Of a stretch of 64,000 nucleotides of DNA, positions 53,280-64,000 are shown in pieces. The translations under genes and the position numbers were made by a program. This DNA is from Octopus sinensis (taxonomy: Eukaryota), in contig NC_043000.1 of assembly GCF_006345805.1 (NCBI RefSeq), positions 25,916,001 through 25,980,000 on the forward strand. The letters are read 5' to 3'. A model generated the notes under the pieces. That model was given only the letters and a program-made list of their open reading frames with translations, was not told where the DNA came from and did no database searches. Position 1 is the first letter of the stretch. Each line of letters starts with the position of its first letter.

Positions 53280-53373
53280 GATAAAAATGATGATGATGAT
53301 TTTCATAAATTATATTTTGTATCATATTACCAAATTATGACTATATTATTATTATTTTTTATTTTTGTTGCAG

Positions 53374-53502
53374 GATTCTTGGTTCAATTTACTGCTGATG
53401 TCTGAATCTGATGGAATCAGATCCTTGAAATGACTCTGTCGTCAGAAGAAAATCCCTTGATTTTTGGTTGTTGATCCAATTCTTGCTGTATGGCTTACAA
53501 GA
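53374..53502 (+). promoter_or_regulatory. 5' UTR part of the coding exon with four upstream AUGs
   Basis: Lies between the acceptor AG (53372-53373) and the main ATG; in-frame stops at 53431 and 53458; upstream ATGs at 53398, 53411, 53430 and 53490. Confidence 0.6.
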
Positions 53503-54508
53503 ATGGCAGGTGCCTTGACCACTGAAACTGTTGCTCCCCAAGCAAGAAACAAACCGAAAAAGAACTCTTCCAACAGTTCTGGTCCAGTAACCCACCCATT
53601 AAATTCCTACCCCGACATTGTGTCTGGTGAGACCAGTGTCCAGTCACTAGTTGCCGGTCGTCATCGACCGACGCGGAATGTCGCTCGAGTCGATGGCCAA
53701 AGACAACCGGCATCAGATGTGATTTCTAGCTCCAATGGCCTTTCTGTCTACCCTCCATTCCGTGACTCTCACCAGGCTGCTGCAAGTGCAGCGCCAAATA
53801 ATATAGGGGCAAGTGGGGCTCAGTTTGGAGGGCTTCAGTTATCGACTTCGGGAGGGGGGAATGGGGCAGCAGCAGCAGCAGCTGCTGCTGCGGGAAATAT
53901 TGCAGATGGGAGATCAAATCCTGCTGATGACCCTGGGCACCAGAACAATCGGGAAGAAAGTGTTCATTTACTTGGGAATGGTCGACTTCCTCCTTTCCCA
54001 CAGGAAGATGATGTTGACCTAGTTCCATCAAACTGGAGCCCCCATGATGAACCTATGCTTGGTCGCGCTCAGCCAATAAGGACTCGTGATCTGCATGCTG
54101 GGGTCTATGGTGGTGAAAATGTCAATACCAATGAAATCCTTCCTGATATTCTTAACTCACACATGGTTGGCAGGCCGGTTGCCATTTCTCGACCTAATCT
54201 GCATCGAAATCGCAATGATCGACAAGTAAGGACAAGAAACGGTGACCGAAGTGCACAGCGGCAACGTAACCCTGTAAATCAGCCTTCTCGACCAGCTGCC
54301 CGGACAAGGAGCCGAAATAATTCCTCACAACAAACAGATCGGAACTGTAAAGCTCCATGCTTGAAATGCTTGACAGCCATCACATCTTTCAAATATGTGT
54401 TGATTCTTCTCTCGATGCTTGGCATTTGTTGTGTGATAATTGGGATTGTACTAGCAGCCTTGCATGGATCTGGCAGCAGCTTCCTGTTCTTGGCAATCAT
54501 GTTTTTTG
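53503..54508 (+). CDS. First coding exon of an uncharacterised membrane protein (about 280 aa low-complexity N-terminus, Cys-rich juxtamembrane motif, two TM helices); gene continues downstream
   Basis: Only long non-repeat ORF (53464-54690), with higher GC and retained CpG. Pyrimidine-rich acceptor tttttgttgcag ends 53373; first in-frame ATG after the last in-frame stop at 53503 (agaATGg); donor TTTG|gtaag after 54508 (phase 1), after which the ORF turns into T-rich intron-like sequence. Protein ends NCKAPCLKCLT-...YVLILLSMLGICCVIIGIVLAAL-HGSGSS-FLFLAIMFF. Confidence 0.85.
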
Positions 54509-54964
54509 GTAAGAAACCCTTGATATTTTTCTTTTATTCAAATCCTGTTTCTTACCTTTCTTTGCCCGGTTTCTTCCTTTCTTTCTTTATTTTTCTCTTC
54601 TCTTTTTTCTTTCTCTCGCTCTCTCTCATACGTATTCCAGATTTCCTTTGTGTTATTTGCTATGTCAAGAAAATTATCAAAACTCACTGAGAAAAGACAG
54701 GAGAAATCTAACTTTATTTTTGCTCACGAGAGGTACCACTTATTTTCAGTCCAACCCATGCCAGCATGGAAAACAGACGTTAAATGATGATGATGATGTA
54801 TTGTCAACAAAAGCACTACATAAATTGAGACGAATGGCAAATTTGTTAAAAGTATGGAATGAAATACTTTGTGGTATTTGGTTATGTCCTTTTATATTCT
54901 GAGTTCAAATCTCATTCAACTCTTCTGTTCATCCTTTTGGGTTGAATATAATCAACTACACATG

Positions 54965-56224
54965 CAGGGGTTGGACAAAATAATGGAAACCCCTTAAAAT
55001 TTCAAACAAATTAATTTTAATATGGGGTAGGACCGCCTTTGATAGTAATTACAGCTTGAATTCTACAAAGTTTGAATTCATTCCAAAGGAATTTTTGTTC
55101 ATTCTTCAGCTAAAACAGTCTCCAGTTCCTGTAATGATGATGGTGGAGTGGTATTGATTCCTTACTTGTTTTTCTAAAATGCACCATAAATGTTCAATAA
55201 TATGGAGATCTGGAGACTGTGGTGGCCATATAAGATGTTCAACTTCACTAGAATGTTCCTTATGCCATTCAGTAGCAACTTTAGCTGTGTGAATTGGTAC
55301 ATTATCATCCTGAAAGATTACATTTCCCTCCGGAAACAGTTCTGCAGCCATAGGTTGGATTTGATCAGATAAAATGCTTAAATAGTCTTGACTATTAATT
55401 CTGCCACGAAGGGAAACCATTGGGTTGGCAGATTTCCAGGGTATATTCCCCCACCCCCACCGATCATCACTGATCCACCTCCATGTTTAACAGTTGTAAG
55501 AAGAAAGTTTGGGTCAAATGTTGCTTTTGGCTGTCTCCACATGTATACTCGGACGCTGGTCGGAAATAGGATAAAGGATGACTCGTTCGAGAAAATAACA
55601 TTCTTCTGTTGCTCTAGGAACCAATTCTGTAGGTTTTCACTCCACTCTAAACACTTTGCAGTGTTTGTTTTTGAAAGTAGTGGTTTTCTGATTGCAGCCC
55701 TACTGTGAAATCTGGCTTTGTGCGGTTCCCGGCGAGCAGTTTTTGTGGAAACTGGTTTCTCGAGGTGGTCATTAAGCTCTGCAGTAATTTTGGAAGCTGT
55801 ACTTTTGTGATCCTTTCTAACAATTCGCATAAGTGTCTGACGGTCCCTATCTGAAAGTTTTGGTTTTCTGCCGGAGTTTTGTTTTGACGATGAGGTTTTT
55901 CCCTCTTTCTCAAAGGCTGTCATTACTTTCGAGACAGTACTTCTTGATACACGAAACATTTCAGCTGTTTTCGCTACGCTCGCGCCTGCCATACGAGCAC
56001 CAACAATTTGACCTCTTCGAAAGTCCGATAGATCTGTAATTTTAATGAATTTTAATTACCTTTTTCTGATGATATCTGAAAAGAAACAGCAATTTTAACA
56101 AAACATATTAAGCAACACTAATGATAAATAAAAAAAAAACATAAAAATAAACAAGCTTTTGGTGGTTTTACAGATATTTCAAAATTATGATACTAGGTGT
56201 TTCCATTATTTTGTCCAACCCCTG
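54965..56224 (-). mobile_element. Full-length degenerate Tc1-like DNA transposon, DD36E spacing (Incomer-like)
   Basis: Perfect 26-bp TIRs CAGGGGTTGGACAAAATAATGGAAAC (54965-54990 and 56199-56224); TA after the right end, TG before the left; 1260 bp; transposase remnants on the minus strand. Confidence 0.93.
55017..56040 (-). pseudogene. Tc1-family transposase pseudogene
   Basis: ORFs 55378-55992 (paired-like HTH, SGRKPKLS, VIFSNESSF, TVKHGGGSVM) and 55106-55420 (FQDDN...WPPQSPDLHIIEHLW); C-terminus RIQAVITIKGGPTPY-stop at 55017; probable start codon now ATT at 56038-56040; first catalytic D replaced by N; frameshifts and internal stops. Confidence 0.92.
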
Positions 56225-57139
56225 TATATCCATTTGAACTGTTGTGCAGCTATTAGCTTAACTTTAATGTACGTCATAACATCATTCTTTTGGTTGTTGA
56301 ATAGGTTGGGTGCTAAAGAATTGGTTGTTTGGAGGTGCAGACTAGGAACTGGATTTTTGGAGGTCAAAGACCGAAAAACTTCGCCTTTTGTTTAGGTTAC
56401 AAACTGGGAGCTGGATCTTTAGGTTCAGGCTGGGAACTAAATCTTTTGTGATACAGACTGGCAACTGGGTCTTTATAGAAGAACTCAGATTGATTTCTGG
56501 GTCTTTTGGGATACTGATTGGTGATCAGATGTAAAGAATAACAAATAAGCCTTTGGTAGAGCACGGACAAAAACTAGGTGTTTGGAGTACAGGTCAGCAG
56601 CTGTGCCTTTAGCAGTTTGGTACTGAAGTCTGAGTTGACAAACCTATAAATTAGGTTGGTGAGAGAGAACAACAGATAGTGATAGGTTTCATGGGCCTCG
56701 CTAACAACAGACTGAGTGATCATTGGTAACCATTTGAATAAGTATTCTTATTTATTCCTGCAAAACATTAAGCATAAAATGTTAAAGGAGAATAAAGCAG
56801 AAGTTGTGATAATCGTACTTTTCTGTATGAGGCATTGAATCAAAATTAGGTTACAAGCTGTGATCACTGGGGAATTTCTCACTACTCTATTCAACTCCAT
56901 TTTAATACCATTCTGAAGAGTACCTGAAAACCTAGTTTCCAGTTTGTAATCCCCCAAACTATTTCCCAAGTCTGTAGCTTCCAAAATTCCAGTTCCTTGT
57001 CTGCACATACATGTACATATACCCAGGCCTATTCCCCATTTTTTTTCAGGAGGGTGTATCCACAGCAAGACTCACACCAAGCATTAAGCTTTACTGACTT
57101 TGACTCCGACTCCCCAGCCCTGATGTAAACACATCAACA

Positions 57140-57352
57140 CTTATTTCTTTATTGCCCACAAGGGGCTAAACATAGAGGGGACAAACAAGGACAGACAAAG
57201 GGATTAAGTCAATTACATTGACCCCAGTGCGTAACTGGTACTTAATTTATCGACCCTGAAAGGATGAAAGGCAAAGTTGACCTCGGCGGAATTTGAACTC
57301 AGAATGCTAAGCATTTCGCCCGACGTGCTAACATTTCTGCCAGCTCGCCGCC
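57140..57352 (-). mobile_element. SINE family B
   Basis: Match to 9895-10117. Confidence 0.85.
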
Positions 57353-59171
57353 TGGTTATCTAGTGGTAGTGGGAGAGAGAAACACAGATAGAAGCACATA
57401 CACATGACAGGCTTCATTCAGTTTCCGCCTACCAGATCCGTTCACAAGGCTTTGGTAGGTCTGAGGCTATAGAAGACACTTGCCTAAGGTGCCATGCTGT
57501 CAGATTGAACCTGGAACCATGTGGTTGGGAAGCAAACATTCTCACCACTTCTATCCCAAATCGACCGGAAGAACTGATTCTAGTAATTGGGGCTAACAAA
57601 AAAAAAAATCTTTAGTTTGTAATGTTGTTTACTGTAGTGGACCGTTTCATTTTGTGGTACCCACTTACAGCTAAGTAGACTGCTGAGAGTTGAGTGTGTT
57701 GGTCATGAAACAGTGAGATGTAGCATTGGTGACAGGATACAGACATCGCCTCCTTTACTCTGCTTGTACAATGTCAGTCTTAATTTGGTAATTAATAACA
57801 TACTTACCCACACACATACACACACACACACACATATGCACTTGTCCACCCACACACATTCACATGCACATATACACATACACGTGCACCTACTTACAGA
57901 TACACACTAGCAACCACCCACCCACCAACCCACAAGCACATGCACATATAGGCGCATACTCACATACACTCACATCCACCCACACACGTAGATATTCTCA
58001 CACCCACACACACACACTAACACGCACGCACACATTCATATGCACACATGTGCGCTCACACACAAGCGTGCCAACCTCTAATCTTAAACCTCATTTTTTT
58101 TTTGTTTTTAGATTGTTCCCTCTTTCTCTCTCCCTTCCTCTCTCTCTCTCCCCCTTCCTCTCTTTCTCTCTCCCTTCCTCCCTTCCCCCCTCTCTGCCTT
58201 GATTAAATAGGCTCCTTTATAGTTTCACAGCAATATTCCTGCTGCCGGATGTATGGTTAATTGGCCTATTGCTAGGACAGCCTTTTCAAAAAAAAAACGC
58301 ACTGTGTGAGTGTATCTGTGCACATACCTAAGTTTTCTCGTGACTGGTTGTGTATACAATTCAAATCCTGATATTTTTGGACATTTTTGTTTTTTTTTCC
58401 TTTCTGCAACTGTGGCATGAAAGACTCTTATTTATGAAGACTTCTCCTGCCTCAATTTGTTGAAGATTTCTGTAATGTGCGCTGGTTCATCGATCCTTAT
58501 CTGGATTTTTGGTATTTTGCAATGCCATATGTATGCGTGTGTGTGTGTGTGCGTGTGTGTGTGCTTGGATACTCACAAAAATATGTACATACATCCATAC
58601 GTATGCAAACCAATATACATACATATATACACACATACATATACATGTGTACACATACATTCACCTACACACACACACACACACACACACATTCAACAGC
58701 TGTTTTTCTTTAGGTGAATATTTAGGACTATTAATATAAAAGGGTCTTTATGAGTTGCTTGTGAACTAGTTCTCTTCAGCTGAACATGTGATATGGTTGA
58801 TGTCTCTGTTCTATCTCTGTCTGTCTGTCTGTCTGTCTGTCTCACTGTCACACACACTGTGGCCAGCCTTATACAAACCTTATATACTTCTACAATATGC
58901 ATGTGATTTCATCATCATCATCATCATCGTTGCAATGTCCACTTTTCCATTTCTCTGTGGCTCACAGGGAGTTCATTAAGGCCGATTTCTGTGTCTGGAC
59001 GTCCTTCCTGTTGCTAACCTTCACCTGTGAAGTAATTTTTTCGCCCATGGCCAGACATGTTCTTTCTTATGGGATAGTGGAAATGAATGACACTGTATGT
59101 ATGACAGTGGTACTCATTTACAACTATTACACGATGCTAAGACAAGGTCACACATACACACAGGAGACATA

Positions 59172-59204
<33 letters not shown>

Positions 59205-59570
59205 GGTGCAGAAGTGGCTGTGTGCTAAGTAGCTTGCTTAGCAACATGGTTCTGGGTTCAGTCCCACTGTGTGGCACCTTGGGCAAGTGTCTTCTACTAT
59301 AGCCTTGGGCCAACCAAAGCCTTGTGAGTGGATTTGGTAGATGGAAACTGAAAGAAGCCTGTCGTATATATATGTGTGTGTGTGTCTGTGTTTGTCCCCC
59401 AACATCACTTGACAACTAATGCTGGTGCGTTTATGTCCCCATAACTTAGCAGTTTGCAAAAGAGACCCATAAGTACTAGGCTTACAAAGAATAAGTCTTG
59501 GGGTTGATTTGCTCGACTAAAGGCACTGCTCCAGTATGGCTGCAGTCAAATGGCTGAAACAAGTAAAAGA
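59205..59570 (+). mobile_element. SINE family A
   Basis: Direct match to 5564-5932. Confidence 0.85.
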
Positions 59571-59740
59571 ATATATTCCTGAAGCTGAGCCAGACTAAGA
59601 ACCAGATGGTTGGAAAATATCCATAATCTCAGTTGGTTACAGTTGAGAATCCAGCTAGAAAGTGTAATGATGGTTACTTCTGATAGGACCCTGTGGAGGA
59701 GGTGCCTGAGGACTCTATCCCTATGACCCATTTTAACATA

Positions 59741-60107
59741 TGAAACTGAGAATGTCTGTCTGTCTGTAAATCCCTAAAACTTGAGAACTACCCAAACAAT
59801 TTTCATTCAAATTTTACACATGCCTTACTTTAGGATCCATGCAATGTCATGAGCAAAAAAAAAAAATTTTCAACTTCTTGCCTAAATGTGAGCCCAGAGT
59901 AATCTGTTATCTGTTACACTATTTCAGTAATTTGGTGGTTTCGCAAAAGAGACCAATAGAATAAGTACTAGGCTAACAAAGAATAAATCCTGGGGTCAAT
60001 TTCTTTGACTAGAAGTGGTGCTCCAGCATGGCTGCAGTCACATGACCGAAACAAACAATAAAAGATTATGCCATTTTAATCCGATCAACGCCAGGTATCT
60101 CTGCTAG

Positions 60108-60108
<1 letters not shown>
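59741..60108 (+). mobile_element. Non-autonomous Helitron remnant interrupted by a SINE tail
   Basis: 5' (TGTC)n and tcaaattttacaca motif; 3' end caacgccaggtatctctgCTAGT. Confidence 0.45.
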
Positions 60109-60141
<33 letters not shown>

Positions 60142-60717
60142 ATATATATATAATCATCATCATCATTGTTTAGCGTCTGCCTTCCATGGGTTTGACAGGA
60201 GCTGGCCAGGCATAAACTTGCATCAAGCTTGTGTGTCTGTCTTGGCATGGTTTTTACTGCTGGATACCCTTCCTAACACCAACCATCTGGCAGATTATAT
60301 ATGTTGGTTTTTCTTTCATTTTCTCTCTGAAATTCACTCACAAGACAGTGGTTGACCCAGGGCTATAATAAAAGACACTGGCTGGAGGTGCCATTCATGG
60401 AGATTGAACCAGAAACCATGTGGTTGGGAAACAAACTTCTTAACCCCACAGCCACACCTGTGTCAAAAAAAAGAAAAGAAATAATAATAATAATAATCAT
60501 AATAATAATAATAATCATGGTTTCAAATTTTGGCTCAAGGTCAGCAGTTTTGGGGGAAGGGCTAAGTTGATTTAAAAGACCCCTGTACTTGTACTTATTG
60601 ACCCTGCAAAGGATGAAAGGCAAAGTTAACCATCAGAATGTAAAGACATGAAATTTCACTTAGCACTTTGCCCAGTATGCTAAAAACTCTGCTGACTCAC
60701 CACAATAAGATAATAAT

Positions 60718-61078
60718 AACAAGAGCACTCAGAGAGTGCCAACCTCTGCCAACGTCCTCACAACGATTAGCCAGAGATGACTTTTTAAAATGAGAATATC
60801 TGAAATAAACTTGAATGTTCTCACAAACGAGAATACTAAAAATGAAACTGACCGCTCTCAAAAATTAAGTAAAAAAAACAAAAACAGGAAAAATAATCCA
60901 GAATCCTTGTCCGGTACCAGATTGATCCCAAAATCTAATCAGTTTGTGCCAGTCTTGAGGCCAAATATCCCTGAAAGTTTCGTATGAAATTCATGCAGCG
61001 ATTCTTAAGATATCTTGTCCACAGACAAACAAACATGAGTGAAAACAATACTTCCGCCTTCACTCAGGCAGAAGTAAT
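60718..61078. mobile_element. Helentron/HINE-like non-autonomous element
   Basis: Begins aacaagagc in (AAT)n; internal aaaatctaatcagtt and gaaagtttc motifs; terminal hairpin acttccgcc-ttcactca-ggcagaagt followed by aataa. Confidence 0.5.
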
Positions 61079-62206
61079 AATAACAACAACAACAATATCT
61101 TGATTATTGAGGCCAAGCCTGTTCTGTATTTCCCCTTTGTGGTTCCTGTTGTATATAGCATATGGTTTTGAGTTTGGATTACATCCTGTTGTATCCTACC
61201 ATAATAGCTTGTATTCATTTTCTGTGTTAGTAGAGACATGTTTAGCAATGGGTGCTTCACTTACGATATACTTTGGTTTATTGTATATTCTGATGTCGGA
61301 ATGGTACGACTTGTTTGTGTTGTTAATAACAGCTTGTTGGACGTGTCGTTAGTGTGTGCGTCGGGTGTAGTTTACTATTAGCAACGTCCTTTACCGAAGG
61401 AACTCATTGGCCAGTTGCTTGCAGTTCAAATTATTATTTGCTTGGTGGACATGTTTGGTTGGTTGGTGGTTGGTTGGGTTGGCAGTTTTAGTAGTTTTTT
61501 TGTTTTTTTTTCTATTTTAGTTTATTTATTCAATTCACAATTCTTTCATTTAAGAATCTGGATTTTGTTGTTCGTGCCAACTTCCGGAAATGATTACATT
61601 AAGTGTCATGACATCTTGGCAGAGAACTTAACCTGGTTCACCTCATACTTACTACAGTTTTACAACACCGAATTTACAAGACAATATGGAGGAGGAGGAG
61701 GAGGAGGAGGAGGAAGTAGCAGCTGTGATTTGTGTGAATTCAAAATGATTAACCTCACTGAACCGTTTCTCTGTTCCTGAAACTAAGATTACTGAGATTA
61801 TTATACGTTCCAGTGTCTTATGTGCCAATCATCATCTTTTTAAATCGTTTTTAATTGTGTTTGTTTTCTTTAAACACAAATGCACTGACGTGAACTCAAG
61901 GCAATCAAATTAAGAGATTTTTTTGTTTTTCATGTATATTTTTTAAAAATACATTTAAAAAGAAAATAATTGCAAGCATAGTTGTGTGGTTAAGAAGTTT
62001 GCTTCCAAGTTGTGTGGTCTTGGGTTCAGTCCCACTGTCTTGGCACCTTGGGCGTCTTCTGTAGTCCTGAGCTCACTAAAACCTTATGATTGGATTTGTA
62101 GATGGAGACCGAAGGAAGCCTGTCGTGTGTGTGTTGCGTGTGCACCTGCATGTGTCTGTGCATGTATATGCGTACCCTTGTCTTGACATCTTGTGATGAT
62201 TATAAG

Positions 62207-62325
62207 CAGGGCCGTGGAGTTGAAACGAAAAACTCCAACTCCACTACTATTGGCACCTTCGACTCTGACTCCGATGTGGTCTATTTTACTGACTCTGACT
62301 CCATGACTCCACCTCCACAGCCCTG
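62207..62325. mobile_element. 119-bp hAT MITE inserted in a SINE
   Basis: TIRs cagggccgtggag / ctccacagccctg; 8-bp TSD attataag / attgtaag; internal GACTCC repeats. Confidence 0.8.
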
Positions 62326-63646
62326 ATTGTAAGCCAGTGATGTTGTTCTTTTTCAGTCTTCTGTGAAAAACGTGTCTGGCCATGGGGAAGTATATTACCT
62401 TTGCTTGGAAGCAGGTGAGGGTTGGTGACAGTAAGGGTGTCCAGCTGTAGAAAGTCTGCTTCATCAAATTTTGCCTGACCCATGCAAGCATGGAAAACTG
62501 GACACTAAATATTGATGATAATATTGTTTCAATATATATTTTCGTGGCATGTAAAAAGCATCATCTGATCATGGCCAATGCGAGCTCCTCTGGTCCCTGT
62601 GCCAGTGGCACGTCAAAAGCACTCACTACACTCACGGAGTGTTTGGCGTTAGGAAGGGCATCCAGCTGTAGAAACACTGTCAGATCAGATTGGGGCCTGG
62701 TGCAGCCTCCTGGCTTCCCAGACCCCAGTTGAACCGTCCAATCCATGCCAGCATGGAAAATGGATGTTAAACGCTGATGATGAGGATGATGACATTTATG
62801 GTTTGTGATCGAAGTCATGTTGAAGCAAAGTTAAGGACCAAATATTTCAACTTTTAACCTCTTGGCTTTTAAACCAACCGTATCCAACCTATTTTCTGTT
62901 CAAACTAGCCAGATCCAGCCTCTCACACCTATCCTACAATGTGATTCAAAATATAAAGAATTACAGCATTGAAATCCCAAAAGTACAAGATGATGCATGA
63001 TTAATTTGAAACCATGTGAATAAATAAATAAATATTACATTTGACAGAATAATTTGAATACTGAAGGGTTAAGAATGTTTTGAGTTAAGCGTTTTGTTAC
63101 CATTCTTCTGGTGGAAAACACTGCCTTTCTTTCAATTAATTTTCAAAAACAATTCCTAAAGAATATATTAAAATAGCTTTGTTATTATGAAACTGTTGTT
63201 TGGAACATAACCAAACATGGAATTTTGAAGGACAATTTAAATTTAGCTCACTTTAAAACAGGAAGTTTCTATCAAAGAATTAAGGATGGTCTCTGGCAGG
63301 TTGGAATAAGAAGGGTTTAATGAAATAAAGAAACAAACAAACAATCCTGCTAAGAAACAAATGGTGAAGTGTTTGTTTCTTGTCAAAGACGAATTTCTCA
63401 AACTGTTGCATCCGTTATTGCCAACATGTTTACACTTGGCTTTTCTTAATTGATATTTATTCTTGTCATGTGTCGTCATCACCGTCATCATTGCTTTATG
63501 TTACATGTAAGACTGTTATTATGAAACACAACCAAAGATGTAATCTATTAGAGATACAACATTTAATAGTATTTCAAAGACAATTGCCTGATAAATTATG
63601 ATGTATGTGTGTGTGCGTGCAAAAGGAGTTTTCATCAAATCTTTAT

Positions 63647-63682
<36 letters not shown>

Positions 63683-63760
63683 ATAAATATTAGGGAATAA
63701 ATCCAAATTTACAGGGAAAAATCAGATTTAGGATTGAATCCAATTTTATAGTAAAATATT

Positions 63761-63988
63761 ATATTATATAAATTAGAGACAAAACCACTATTATGCAAAT
63801 CAAACAAAGAAAGACTTAAGCCAATACATAAATTAATTTATATAAATTTAGAAATTTAACAATTATAAATAACCAGTGGTTATTTATAATTGTTAAATCT
63901 AAATTATATAAATTAATTTATGTATTGGCTTAAGTCTTTCTTTGTTTGATTTGCATAATAGTGGTTTTGTCTCTAATTTATATAATAT
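63761..63988. repeat. Near-perfect long palindrome (about 113-bp arms, 1-nt spacer at 63876) within (TA)n
   Basis: atattatataaattagagacaaaaccact...ataaataacca g tggttatttat...agtggttttgtctctaatttatataatat; only about 3 nt of indels between arms. Confidence 0.92.
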
Positions 63989-64000
63989 ATATATATATAT

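Noticed and set aside
54509-54690. Hydrophobic C-terminal 60 aa of the 408-aa ORF
   Set aside because: Follows a strong G|gtaag donor and is pyrimidine-rich intron sequence; read-through is probably fortuitous.
58714-58739. Possible phase-1 next exon (ttttctttag|gt gaa tat tta gga cta tta ata taa)
   Set aside because: Only 8 codons, follows a CA microsatellite, and puts Glu in the TM helix; no independent support.
58755-58785. Minus-strand CTGAAGA GAAC ta GTTC hairpin
   Set aside because: No GAAA box and no stem I or III.

Overview
AT-rich, repeat-dense eukaryotic DNA. The SINE families, (CA)n/(TA)n/(AAT)n microsatellites and RTE/Tc1-mariner/hAT/piggyBac/Helitron debris look like a coleoid cephalopod (probably Octopus) genome; this is inferred from repeat style, not from a search. 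Nearly all ORFs in the track are spurious. One convincing host coding exon (+, acceptor 53373, ATG 53503, donor after 54508) encodes a long disordered N-terminus followed by a Cys-rich motif and two hydrophobic helices. A full-length but dead Tc1-like transposon with DD36E spacing sits in the next intron (54965-56224). The most interesting signal is a set of small non-coding elements carrying type I hammerhead ribozyme (HHR) folds on the minus strand (14584-14644, 53040-53098, 52502-52575, and a U3-A8 core variant at 9215-9251). Two of them are bounded by 13-14 bp target-site duplications and contain partial inverted repeats, i.e. non-autonomous Penelope-like/retrozyme-like retroelements. Two homologous copies keep the ribozyme structure with different stem sequences. 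Coordinates were read by eye and may be off by a few bases; SINE copies listed are representative, not exhaustive.
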